A stretch of 64,000 bases of DNA from Haliotis cracherodii (lineage: Eukaryota): contig NW_027266286.1 of assembly GCF_022045235.1 (NCBI RefSeq), forward strand, positions 68,448,001 to 68,512,000. Direction: 5' to 3'. The translations under genes were made by a program, and so were the position numbers. The notes beneath the pieces were generated by a model. That model saw only the letters and a program-made list of their open reading frames with translations. It ran no database searches and had not been told where the DNA came from. This document shows, piece by piece, positions 23,860-37,825 of this stretch; positions within the stretch are counted from its first letter, which is position 1; every line of letters begins with the position of its first letter.

Positions 23860-26060
23860 CCTGTCAGTTACGTTGTTTATCCACGAGAGAATAAACAATT
23901 TAAATGTCTCTTTTGGGATTCACACCGCCTTATATACATGTGGTACAGGAAATCAGGATGTTGAATGTAAATGCCCACATTGGAAGATTTTAGTAAATAA
24001 AATTCCAATGAGACTTTTTACAACTTTAGAGCGTGAAGAATGAATCTCTATTTTGTAATATCACATACGACACTGCCACCTGCCTCTCTGTATTAGGCAT
24101 ATCTTCCTGCATAATTATTAAATGCAAACTGTGTATTTGTGACCTAACCTGGCACCCTGTGGCTATCTCACTGCCGGGAAGCATGATAGATTTAGTGGTT
24201 CATCCAATGCAATTACAGCTACAGACCGTTTTGTGAAAAACTTGAATGGAGATAGAATATTTTAAATGAAGGATAAATGCTGACCTTTAGAATTTCGTTG
24301 GGTGCAAGTACTGAGTCTACTGAGCTACCATGACTTGGAGTCAAAGGACGTTTATCAACGTATGTCAAATACGTCTTTAAAAGCAGAGGTTGTGGGAAGC
24401 TAATTATTCATCTATTCATAATCAAACTTTATGTGAAGTTGGATTTTTCAAGTGTGTGATATATTTCAAAGTTTGAATACCTGCCCGAATAATTTCAAAG
24501 TCTCATTATTTTCTACAATAAAACAGGGTGAAAGCTGATGATATACGCTCTTTGGTTTTCTGGCCTATAACACACGAATGAACACAGGGAAATCATTCCA
24601 TCCCTGCCCACATTACTTTTCAAAGGAACTCTTCCATCTAAGTTTATCTCGTGCGTATATATGTGTGTGTTTGGGAGTGTTTGGGAGAGAAAGTTCACGT
24701 CACATTTTATGCTATTTCGTAACTGGCCCAAACACTAAACAATGATGAAATGCATGAACATTTTCTAAAGAGTGGTCAAATCTCAGCTTTCGAACACCAC
24801 ATGTGGACAGGATATACTTATCCATCACACGAATACCTGATGAAACCACTATCTCCGCAGGAACATGGATGTGGTGGTAGTTTATGACAGGCACTAGGGG
24901 CTTCAACCGTCAATCTATGACCCATGTATGACCCCCTTCCTGCCAAGCATTACCCACACCCACCCACCAAGCTACAGCACCAGAGATGAACATTCATCTG
25001 GCGTCAGAGCACAATTATTCGTCATTCTTTGCTATCTACAGTGGCATGCCAATTCATACTGATTAATATCGCCCTTGCTGACTAACCTGTTACTTATCAT
25101 TTGAACAGCAAAATACCAGTCTGGGTCCACCAGCTCGACTTCCAAGTAAACGCTGTCAACAACGGTCACTGAAAGTATCGAGCCGAAACACACCCATCGG
25201 CCTTCAACTGGGGGTCAAATCATGGGAAGTTCGAGTCAATATCATGCACACATTTTGGATCAAAACAAATTACCAACACAATACAATGTCCAATCTTGCA
25301 TTTAAGCTATCACAAGTCACTCCAAACATATCTGACACAGACTCAACAACCCATTCAAACGGGGGACTATATTCTCCTATTTACCTTCCGGGTCATGGTA
25401 AAACTTAGGGGACGTAACTGTGGTCTCGGGCCTAGTCTATCTTAGAGCGAATCTGCTCCTTGACCATTCATATTGCGCTGGACTCTTGAAAAAAACAGAA
25501 AACAAACCAATTGGATTTGGTTTAGAGTGGGCTTTCTCTTGAGATCGTGCCGTTGTATTGGTGGATCGCTGCTCAACTGTATAAGCTCTTAATTCTATCG
25601 GCATTGCATGAGTGCATTGAAGCACGTGCCACAGTTTTATTTGGACATGCACACGGCTGTAATTATAAGCCAGGTGGACGTTTAGAGGCCATAATGATAG
25701 TACGATACTAAATGGGACTTCATGCATTTTCGGACAGAAACAGTCTACTTGCTTTGTTCAACATGTGTATAGGTTTATTGGCAGGCCTTCGAGGTTCCTA
25801 ACCTTGGTGGGAATGATTCCAAAGTGACAATCACTATGCAGGACACTGAAAAGTAAGTAGGGAAACTAGCTCATACAATCTTGAATTTGATTGTACTTGA
25901 AGAAAATATAACCAAAGATATATTTACAATATAAACCACAGCTTTATTTGTACTCGTTGAGAAATAGACAGAATGAATGGATGCAGCATGGTGAGTGCAA
26001 TCGACAAATATGATATCAAATGTCCAGCACTTGATGTGAATATGATGATCCTTGAATCTT

Positions 26061-26665
26061 TTAACCGTGGTGTCCGCCTCCATGACCACCACCTCCATGA
26101 CCACCTCCTCCGTGACCACCTCCTCCGTGGCCACCACCTCCGTGTCCTCCTCCTCCTCCTCCATGGCCACCACCTCCGTGTCCTCCTCCTCCTCCTCCAT
26201 GGCCACCACCTCCGTGTCCTCCTCCTCCTCCTCCGTGGCCACCACCTCCGTGACCTCCACCACCGTGACCGCCGCCTCCGTGACCACCACCACCACCACC
26301 ACCGTGGCCGCCTCCGCCTCCGCCTCCGTGGCCTCCGCCTCCATGGCCGCCACCACCACCACCATGGCCACCAAGGGCGGAGCTAAGGAAGACTGTGAAG
26401 AATGTACAGAAACAACAATACATAAGTGGTCATATATGACAGGATACACACACACACACACACAAAATCCGTCCACCATTCCTGATACAGTTTAGACCAT
26501 GGTAGAAACTATCCTATTCATTACGTTGTCAGCAAATCGAAAAGCCACTTAAAACTCAGCAAGAGCTAATAAAGTTGATTATTACAAAGTTTAAGATTGC
26601 GAATTCTCATCAGATAAGGCACACTTACCCAAGACTACAACAACTGCAACGTTAAGAAGGCGCAT
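26061..26665 (-). CDS. Gly/His polypeptide precursor, copy 10 (122 aa, G16S in signal peptide; join 26665..26629, 26392..26061)
   Basis: Intact; the exon 2 frame is visible in the ORF track (26061..26423) as ...VFLSSALGGHG... Confidence 0.9.
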
Positions 26666-28848
26666 CCTGTCAGTTACGTTGTTTATCCACGAGAGAATAA
26701 ACAATTTAAATGTCTCTTTTGGGATTCACACCGCCTTATATACATGTGGTACAGGAAATCAGGATGTTGAATGTAAATGCCCACATTGGAAGATTTTAGT
26801 AAATAAAATTCCAATGAGACTTTTTACAACTTTAGAGCGTGAAGAATGAATCTCTATTTTGTAATATCACATACGACACTGCCACCTGCCTCTCTGTATT
26901 AGGCATATCTTCCTGCATAATTATTAAATGCAAACTGTGTATTTGTGACCTAACCTGGCACCCTGTGGCTATCTCACTGCCGGGAAGCATGATAGATTTA
27001 GTGGTTCATCCAATGCAATTACAGCTACAGACCGTTTTGTGAAAAACTTGAATGGAGATAGAATATTTTAAATGAAGGACAAATGCTGACCTTTAGAATT
27101 TCGTTGGGTGCAAGTACTGAGTCTACTGAGCTACCATGACTTGGAGTCAAAGGACGTTTATCAACGTATGTCAAATACGTCTTTAAAAGCAGAGGTTGTG
27201 GGAAGCTAATTATTCATCTATTCATAATCAAACTTTATGTGAAGTTGGATTTTTCAAGTGTGTGATATATTTCAAAGTTTGAATACCTGCCCGAATAATT
27301 TCAAAGTCTCATTATTTTCTACAATAAAACAGGGTGAAAGCTGATGATATACGCTCTTTGGTTTTCTGGCCTATAACACACGAATGAACACAGGGAAATC
27401 ATTCCATCCCTGCCCACATTACTTTTCAAAGGAACTCTTCCATCTAAGTTTATCTCGTGTGTGTATATATGTGTGTGTTTGGGAGTGTTTGGGAGAGAAA
27501 GTTCACGTCACATTTTATGCTATTTCGTAACTGGCCCAAACACTAAACAATGATGAAATGCATGAACATTTTCTAAAGAGTGGTCAAATCTCAGCTTTCG
27601 AACACCACATGTGGACAGGATATACTTATCCATCACACGAATACCTGATGAAACCACTATCTCCGCAGGAACATGGAGGCACTAGGGGCTTCAACCGTCA
27701 ATCTATGACCCATGTATGACCCCCTTCCTGCCAAGCATTACCCACACCCACCCACCAAGCTACAGCACCAGAGATGAACATTCATCTGGCGTCAGAGCAC
27801 AATTATTCGTCATTCTTTGCTATCTACAGTGGCATGCCAATTCATACTGATTAATATCGCCCTTGCTGACTAACCTGTTACTTATCATTTGAACAGCAAA
27901 ATACCAGTCTGGGTCCACCAGCTCGACTTCCAAGTAAACGCTGTCAACAACGGTCACTGAAAGTATCGAGCCGAAACACACCCATCGGCCTTCAACTGGG
28001 GGTCAAATCATGGGAAGTTCGAGTCAATATCATGCACACATTTTGGATCAAAACAAATTACCAACACAATACAATGTCCAATCTTGCATTTAAGCTATCA
28101 CAAGTCACTCCAAACATATCTGACACAGACTCAACAACCCATTCAAACGGGGGACTATATTCTCCTATTTACCTTCCGGGTCATGGTAAAACTTAGGGGA
28201 CGTAACTGTGGTCTCGGGCCTAGTCTATCTTAGAGCGAATCTGCTCCTTGACCATTCATATTGCGCTGGACTCTTGAAAAAAACAGAAAACAAACCAATT
28301 GGATTTGGTTTAGAGTGGGCTTTCTCTTGAGATCGTGCCGTTGTATTGGTGGATCGCTGCTCAACTGTATAAGCTCTTAATTCTATCGGCATTGCATGAG
28401 TGCATTGAAGCACGTGCCACAGTTTTATTTGGACATGCACACGGCTGTAATTATAAGCCAGGTGGACGTTTAGAGGCCATAATGATAGTACGATACTAAA
28501 TGGGACTTCATGCATTTTCGGACAGAAACAGTCTACTTGCTTTGTTCAACATGTGTATAGGTTTATTGGCAGGCCTTCGAGGTTCCTAACCTTGGTGGGA
28601 ATGATTCCAAAGTGACAATCACTATGCAGGACACTGAAAAGTAAGTAGGGAAACTAGCTCATACAATCTTGAATTTGATTGTACTTGAAGAAAATATAAC
28701 CAAAGATATATTTACAATATAAACCACAGCTTTATTTGTACTCGTTGAGAAATAGACAGAATGAATGGATGCAGCATGGTGAGTGCAATCGACAAATATG
28801 ATATCAAATGTCCAGCACTTGATGTGAATATGATGATCCTTGAATCTT

Positions 28849-29451
28849 TTAACCGTGGTGTCCGCCTCCATGACCACCACCTCCATGACCACCTCCTCCG
28901 TGACCACCTCCTCCGTGGCCACCACCTCCGTGTCCTCCTCCTCCTCCTCCATGGCCACCACCTCCGTGTCCTCCTCCTCCTCCTCCATGGCCACCACCTC
29001 CGTGTCCTCCTCCTCCTCCTCCATGGCCACCACCTCCGTGACCTCCACCACCGTGACCGCCGCCTCCGTGACCACCACCACCACCACCACCGTGGCCGCC
29101 TCCGCCTCCGCCTCCGTGGCCTCCGCCTCCATGGCCGCCACCACCACCACCATGGCCACCAAGGGCTGAGCCAAGGAAGACTGTGAAGAATGTTCAGAAA
29201 CAACAATACATAAGTGGTCATATATGACAGGATACACACACACACACACAAAATCCGTCCACCATTCCTGATACAGTTTAGACCATGGTAGAAACTATCC
29301 TATTCATTACGTTGTCAGCAAATCGAAAAGCCACTTAAAACTCAGCAAGAGCTAATAAAGTTGATTATTACAAAGTTTAAGATTGCGAATTCTCATCAGA
29401 TAAGGCACACTTACCCAAGACTACAACAACTGCAACGTTAAGAAGGCGCAT
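28849..29451 (-). CDS. Gly/His polypeptide precursor, copy 11 (122 aa; join 29451..29415, 29180..28849)
   Basis: Start, splice sites and stop are intact. Confidence 0.9.
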
Positions 29452-31654
29452 CCTGTCAGTTACGTTGTTTATCCACGAGAGAATAAACAATTTAAATGTC
29501 TCTTTTGGGATTCACACCGCCTTATATACATGTGGTACAGGAAATCAGGATGTTGAATGTAAATGCCCACATTGGAAGATTTTAGTAAATAAAATTCCAA
29601 TGAGACTTTTTACAACTTTAGAGCGTGAAGAATGAATCTCTATTTTGTAATATCACATACGACACTGCCACCTGCCTCTCTGTATTAGGCATATCTTCCT
29701 GCATAATTATTAAATGCAAACTGTGTATTTGTGACCTAACCTGGCACCCTGTGGCTATCTCACTGCCGGGAAGCATGATAGATTTAGTGGTTCATCCAAT
29801 GCAATTACAGCTACAGACCGTTTTGTGAAAAACTTGAATGGAGATAGAATATTTTAAATGAAGGACAAATGCTGACCTTTAGAATTTCGTTGGGTGCAAG
29901 TACTGAGTCTACTGAGCTACCATGACTTGGAGTCAAAGGACGTTTATCAACGTATGTCAAATACGTCTTTAAAAGCAGAGGTTGTGGGAAGCTAATTATT
30001 CATCTATTCATAATCAAACTTTATGTGAAGTTGGATTTTTCAAGTGTGTGATATATTTCAAAGTTTGAATACCTGCCCGAATAATTTCAAAGTCTCATTA
30101 TTTTCTACAATAAAACAGGGTGAAAGCTGATGATATACGCTCTTTGGTTTTCTGGCCTATAACACACGAATGAACACAGGGAAATCATTCCATCCCTGCC
30201 CACATTACTTTTCAAAGGAACTCTTCCATCTAAGTTTATCTCGTGTGTGTATATATGTGTGTGTTTGGGAGTGTTTGGGAGAGAAAGTTCACGTCACATT
30301 TTATGCTATTTCGTAACTGGCCCAAACACTAAACAATGATGAAATGCATGAACATTTTCTAAAGAGTGGTCAAATCTCAGCTTTCGAACACCACATGTGG
30401 ACAGGATATACTTATCCATCACACGAATACCTGATGAAACCACTATCTCCGCAGGAACATGGATGTGGTGGTAGTTTATGACAGGCACTAGGGGCTTCAA
30501 CCGTCAATCTATGACCCATGTATGACCCCCTTCCTGCCAAGCATTACCCACACCCACCCACCAAGCTACAGCACCAGAGATGAACATTCATCTGGCGTCA
30601 GAGCACAATTATTCGTCATTCTTTGCTATCTACAGTGGCATGCCAATTCATACTGATTAATATCGCCCTTGCTGACTAACCTGTTACTTATCATTTGAAC
30701 AGCAAAATACCAGTCTGGGTCCACCAGCTCGACTTCCAAGTAAACGCTGTCAACAACGGTCACTGAAAGTATCGAGCCGAAACACACCCATCGGCCTTCA
30801 ACTGGGGGTCAAATCATGGGAAGTTCGAGTCAATATCATGCACACATTTTGGATCAAAACAAATTACCAACACAATACAATGTCCAATCTTGCATTTAAG
30901 CTATCACAAGTCACTCCAAACATATCTGACACAGACTCAACAAGCCATTCAAACGGGGGACTATATTCTCCTATTTACCTTCCGGGTCATGGTAAAACTT
31001 AGGGGACGTAACTGTGGTCTCGGGCCTAGTCTATCTTAGAGCGAATCTGCTCCTTGACCATTCATATTGCGCTGGACTCTTGAAAAAAACAGAAAACAAA
31101 CCAATTGGATTTGGTTTAGAGTGGGCTTTCTCTTGAGATCGTGCCGTTGTATTGGTGGATCGCTGCTCAACTGTATAAGCTCTTAATTCTATCGGCATTG
31201 CATGAGTGCATTGAGGCACGTGCCACAGTTTTATTTGGACATGCACACGGCTGTAATTATAAGCCAGGTGGACGTTTAGAGGCCATAATGATAGTACGAT
31301 ACTAAATGGGACTTCATGCATTTTCGGACAGAAACAGTCTACTTGCTTTGTTCAACATGTGTATAGGTTTATTGGCAGGCCTTCGAGGTTCCTAACCTTG
31401 GTGGGAATGATTCCAAAGTGACAATCACTATGCAGGACACTGAAAAGTAAGTAGGGAAACTAGCTCATACAATCTTGAATTTGATTGTACTTGAAGAAAA
31501 TATAACCAAAGATATATTTACAATATAAACCACAGCTTTATTTGTACTCGTTGAGAAATAGACAGAATGAATGGATGCAGCATGGTGAGTGCAATCGACA
31601 AATATGATATCAAATGTCCAGCACTTGATGTGAATATGATGATCCTTGAATCTT

Positions 31655-32262
31655 TTAACCGTGGTGTCCGCCTCCATGACCACCACCTCCATGACCACCT
31701 CCTCCGTGACCACCTCCTCCGTGGCCACCACCTCCGTGTCCTCCTCCTCCTCCTCCATGGCCACCACCTCCGTGTCCTCCTCCTCCTCCTCCATGGCCAC
31801 CACCTCCGTGTCCTCCTCCTCCTCCTCCTCCTCCATGGCCACCACCTCCGTGACCTCCACCACCGTGACCGCCGCCTCCGTGACCACCACCACCACCACC
31901 GTGGCCGCCTCCGCCTCCGCCTCCGTGGCCTCCGCCTCCATGGCCGCCACCACCACCACCATGGCCACCAAGGGCTGAGCCAAGGAAGACTGTGAAGAAT
32001 GTACGGAAACAACAATACATAAGTGGTCATATATGACAGGATACACACACACACACACACAAAATCCGTCCACCATTCCTGATACAGTTTAGACCATGGT
32101 AGAAACTATCCTATTCATTACGTTGTCAGCAAATCGAAAAGCCACTTAAAACTCAGCAAGAGCTAATAAAGTTGATTATTACAAAGTTTAAGATTGCGAA
32201 TTCTCATCAGATAAGGCACACTTACCCAAGACTACAACAACTGCAACGTTAAGAAGGCGCAT
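31655..32262 (-). CDS. Gly/His polypeptide precursor, copy 12 (123 aa; join 32262..32226, 31989..31655)
   Basis: Intact; exon 2 frame matches ORF 31655..32020. Confidence 0.9.
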
Positions 32263-34465
32263 CCTGTCAGTTACGTTGTTTATCCACGAGAGAATAAACA
32301 ATTTAAATGTCTCTTTTGGGATTCACACCGCCTTATATACATGTGGTACAGGAAATCAGGATGTTGAATGTAAATGCCCACATTGGAAGATTTTAGTAAA
32401 TAAAATTCCAATGAGACTTTTTACAACTTTAGAGCGTGAAGAATGAATCTCTATTTTGTAATATCACATACGACACTGCCACCTGCCTCTCTGTATTAGG
32501 CATATCTTCCTGCATAATTATTAAATGCAAACTGTGTATTTGTGACCTAACCTGGCACCCTGTGGCTATCTCACTGCCGGGAAGCATGATAGATTTAGTG
32601 GTTCATCCAATGCAATTACAGCTACAGACCGTTTTGTGAAAAACTTGAATGGAGATAGAATATTTTAAATGAAGGATAAATGCTGACCTTTAGAATTTCG
32701 TTGGGTGCAAGTACTGAGTCTACTGAGCTACCATGACTTGGAGTCAAAGGACGTTTATCAACGTATGTCAAATACGTCTTTAAAAGCAGAGGTCGTGGGA
32801 AGCTAATTATTCATCTATTCATAATCAAACTTTATGTGAAGTTGGATTTTTCAAGTGTGTGATATATTTCAAAGTTTGAATACCTGCCCGAATAATTTCA
32901 AAGTCTCATTATTTTCTACAATAAAACAGGGTGAAAGCTGATGATATACGCTCTTTGGTTTTCTGGCCTATAACACACGAATGAACACAGGGAAATCATT
33001 CCATCCCTGCCCACATTACTTTTCAAAGGAACTCTTCCATCTAAGTTTATCTCGTGTGTGTATATATGTGTGTGTTTGGGAGTGTTTGGGAGAGAAAGTT
33101 CACGTCACATTTTATGCTATTTCGTAACTGGCCCAAACACTAAACAATGATGAAATGCATGAACCTTTTCTAAAGAGTGGTCAAATCTCAGCTTTCGAAC
33201 ACCACATGTGGACAGGATATACTTATCCATCACACGAATACCTGATGAAACCACTATCTCCGCAGGAACATGGATGTTGTGGTAGTTTATGACAGGCACT
33301 AGGGGCTTCAACCGTCAATCTATGACCCATGTATGACCCCCTTCCTGCCAAGCATTACCCACACCCACCCACCAAGCTACAGCACCAGAGATGAACATTC
33401 ATCTGGCGTCAGAGCACAATTATTCGTCATTCTTTGCTATCTACAGTGGCATGCCAATTCATACTGATTAATATCGCCCTTGCTGACTAACCTGTTACTT
33501 ATCATTTGAACAGCAAAATACCAGTCTGGGTCCACCAGCTCGACTTCCAAGTAAACGCTGTCAACAACGGTCACTGAAAGTATCGAGCCGAAACACACCC
33601 ATCGGCCTTCAACTGGGGGTCAAATCATGGGAAGTTCGAGTCAATATCATGCACACATTTTGGATCAAAACAAATTACCAACACAATACAATGTCCAATC
33701 TTGCATTTAAGCTATCACAAGTCACTCCAAACATATCTGACACAGACTCAACAAGCCATTCAAACGGGGGACTATATTCTCCTATTTACCTTCCGGGTCA
33801 TGGTAAAACTTAGGGGACGTAACTGTGGTCTCGGGCCTAGTCTATCTTAGAGCGAATCTGCTCCTTGACCATTCATATTGCGCTGGACTCTTGAAAAAAA
33901 CAGAAAACAAACCAATTGGATTTGGTTTAGAGTGGGCTTTCTCTTGAGATCGTGCCGTTGTATTGGTGGATCGCTGCTCAACTGTATAAGCTCTTAATTC
34001 TATCGGCATTGCATGAGTGCATTGAGGCACGTGCCACAGTTTTATTTGGACATGCACACGGCTGTAATTATAAGCCAGGTGGACGTTTAGAGGCCATAAT
34101 GATAGTACGATACTAAATGGGACTTCATGCATTTTCGGACAGAAACAGTCTACTTGCTTTGTTCAACATGTGTATAGGTTTATTGGCAGGCCTTCGAGGT
34201 TCCTAACCTTGGTGGGAATGATTCCAAAGTGACAATCACTATGCAGGACACTGAAAAGTAAGTAGGGAAACTAGCTCATACAATCTTGAATTTGATTGTA
34301 CTTGAAGAAAATATAACCAAAGATATATTTACAATATAAACCACAGCTTTATTTGTACTCGTTGAGAAATAGACAGAATGAATGGATGCAGCATGGTGAG
34401 TGCAATCGACAAATATGATATCAAATGTCCAGCACTTGATGTGAATATGATGATCCTTGAATCTT

Positions 34466-35027
34466 TTAACCGTGGTGTCCGCCTCCATGACCACCACCTC
34501 CATGACCACCTCCTCCGTGACCACCTCCTCCGTGGCCACCACCTCCGTGTCCTCCTCCTCCTCCTCCATGGCCACCACCTCCGTGTCCTCCTCCTCCATG
34601 GCCACCACCTCCGTGACCTCCACCACCGTGACCGCCGCCTCCGTGACCACCACCACCACCACCGTGGCCGCCTCCGCCTCCGCCTCCGCCTCCGTGGCCT
34701 CCGCCTCCATGGCCGCCACCACCACCACCATGGCCACCAAGGGCGGAGCCAAGGAAGACTGTGAAGAATGTACAGAAACAACAATACATAAGTGGTCATA
34801 TATGACAGGATACACACACACACACAAAATCCGTCCACCATTCCTGATACAGTTTAGACCATGGTAGAAACTATCCTATTCATTACGTTGTCAGCAAATC
34901 GAAAAGCCACTTAAAACTCAGCAAGAGCTAATAAAGTTGATTATTACAAAGTTTAAGATTGCGAATTCTCATCAGATAAGGCACACTTACCCAAGACTAC
35001 AACAACTGCAACGTTAAGAAGGCGCAT
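34466..35027 (-). CDS. Gly/His polypeptide precursor, copy 13 (109 aa; join 35027..34991, 34758..34466)
   Basis: Intact; in-frame contraction of the repeat region. Confidence 0.9.
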
Positions 35028-37227
35028 CCTGTCAGTTACGTTGTTTATCCACGAGAGAATAAACAATTTAAATGTCTCTTTTGGGATTCACACCGCCTTA
35101 TATACATGTGGTACAGGAAATCAGGATGTTGAATGTAAATGCCCACATTGGAAGATTTTAGTAAATAAAATTCCAATGAGACTTTTTACAACTTTAGAGC
35201 GTGAAGAATGAATCTCTATTTTGTAATATCACATACGACACTGCCACCTGCCTCTCTGTATTAGGCATATCTTCCTGCATAATTATTAAATGCAAACTGT
35301 GCATTTGTGACCTAACCTGGCACCCTGTGGCTATCTCACTGCCGGGAAGCATGATAGATTTAGTGGTTCATCCAATGCAATTACAGCTACAGACCGTTTT
35401 GTGAAAAACTTGAATGGAGATAGAATATTTTAAATGAAGGATAAATGCTGACCTTTAGAATTTCGTTGGGTGCAAGTACTGAGTCTACTGAGCTACCATG
35501 ACTTGGAGTCAAAGGACGTTTATCAACGTATGTCAAATACGTCTTTAAAAGCAGAGGTCGTGGGAAGCTAATTATTCATCTATTCATAATCAAACTTCAT
35601 GTGAAGTTGGATTTTTCAAGTGTGTGATATATTTCAAAGTTTGAATACCTGCCCGAATAATTTCAAAGTCTCATTATTTTCTACAATAAAACAGGGTGAA
35701 AGCTGATGATATACGCTCTTTGGTTTTCTGGCCTATAACACACGAATGAACACAGGGAAATCATTCCATCCCTGCCCACATTACTTTTCAAAGGAACTCT
35801 TCCATCTAAGTTTATCTCGTGTGTATATATGTGTGTGTTTGGGAGTGTGTGGGAGAGAATGTTCACGTCACATTTTATGCTATTTCGTAACTGGCCCAAA
35901 CACTAAACAATGATGAAATGCATGAACCTTTTCTAAAGAGTGGTCAAATCTCAGCTTTCGAACACCACATGTGGACAGGATATACTTATCCATCACACGA
36001 ATACCTGATGAAACCACTATCTCCGCAGGAACATGGATGTGGTGGTAGTTTATGACAGGCACTAGGGGCTTCAACCGTCAATCTATGACCCATGTATGAC
36101 CCCCTTCCTGCCCAGCATTACCCACACCCACCCACCAAGCTACAGCACCAGAGATGAACATTCATCTGGCGTCAGAGCACAATTATTCGTCATTCTTTGC
36201 TATCTACAGTGGCATGCCAATTCATACTGATTAATATCGCCCTTGCTGACTAACCTGTTACTTATCATTTGAACAGCAAAATACCAGTCTGGGTCCACCA
36301 GCTCGACTTCCAAGTAAACGCTGTCAACAACGGTCACTGAAAGTATCGAGCCGAAACACACCCATCGGCCTTCAACTGGGGGTCAAATCATGGGAAGTTC
36401 GAGTCAATATCATGCACACATTTTGGATCAAAACAAATTACCAACACAATACAATGTCCAATCTTGCATTTAAGCTATCACAAGTCACTCCAAACATATC
36501 TGACACAGACTCAACAACCCATTCAAACGGGGGACTATATTCTCCTATTTACCTTCCGGGTCATGGTAAAACTTAGGGGACGTAACTGTGGTCTCGGGCC
36601 TAGTCTATCTTAGAGCGAATCTGCTCCTTGACATTCATATTGCGCTGGACTCTTGAAAAAAACAGAAAACAAACCAATTGGATTTGGTTTAGAGTGGGCT
36701 TTCTCTTGAGATCGTGCCGTTGTATTGGTGGATCGCTGCTCAACTGTATAAGCTCTTAATTCTATCGGCATTGCATGAGTGCATTGAAGCACGTGCCACA
36801 GTTTTATTTGGACATGCACACGGCTGTAATTATAAGCCAGGTGGACGTTTAGAGGCCATAATGATAGTACGATACTAAATGGGACTTCATGCATTTTCGG
36901 ACAGAAACAGTCTACTTGCTTTGTTCAACATGTGTATAGGTTTATTGGCAGGCCTTCGAGGTTCCTAACCTTGGTGGGAATGATTCCAAAGTGACAATCA
37001 CTATGCAGGACACTGAAAAGTAAGTAGGGAAACTAGCTCATACAATCTTGAATTTGATTGTACTTGAAGAAAATATAACCAAAGATATATTTACAATATA
37101 AACCACAGCTTTATTTGTACTCGTTGAGAAATAGACAGAATGAATGGATGCAGCATGGTGAGTGCAATCGACAAATATGATATCAAATGTCCAGCACTTG
37201 ATGTGAATATGATGATCCTTGAATCTT

Positions 37228-37825
37228 TTAACCGTGGTGTCCGCCTCCATGACCACCACCTCCATGACCACCTCCTCCGTGACCACCTCCTCCGTGGCCA
37301 CCACCTCCGTGTCCTCCTCCTCCTCCTCCATGGCCACCACCTCCGTGTCCTCCTCCTCCTCCTCCATGGCCACCACCTCCGTGTCCTCCTCCTCCTCCTC
37401 CATGGCCACCACCTCCGTGACCTCAACCACCGTGACCGCCGCCTCCGTGACCACCACCACCACCACCGTGGCCGCCTCCGCCTCCGCCTCCGTGGCCTCC
37501 GCCTCCATGGCCGCCACCACCACCACCATGGCCACCAAGGGCGGAGCCAAGGAAGACTGTGAAGAATGTACAGAAACAACAATACATAAGTGGTCATATA
37601 TGACAGGATACACACACACACACAAAATCCGTCCACCATTCCTGATACAGTTTAGACCATGGTAGAAACTATCCTATTCATTACGTTGTCAGCAAATCGA
37701 AAAGCCACTTAAAACTCAGCAAGAGCTAATAAAGTTGATTATTACAAAGTTTAAGATTGCGAATTCTCATCAGATAAGGCACACTTACCCAAGACTACAA
37801 CAACTGCAACGTTAAGAAGGCGCAT
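37228..37825 (-). pseudogene. Copy 14 with premature stop: GGA>TGA at 37425-37423 gives a 56-aa product instead of 121 aa (join 37825..37789, 37556..37228)
   Basis: Plus strand reads gtgacctcaaccacc where other copies have gtgacctccaccacc. The Gly-frame ORF is missing from the ORF track for this copy but present in its neighbours. Confidence 0.8.

Noticed and set aside
26061-26423. Unspliced MYCCFCTFFTVFLGSALGGH... ORF as the real N-terminus
   Set aside because: The first 10 codons are the intron's polypyrimidine tract and acceptor, and this frame has an in-frame TGA in copies 1-9 and 11. The spliced exon 1 works in all copies.
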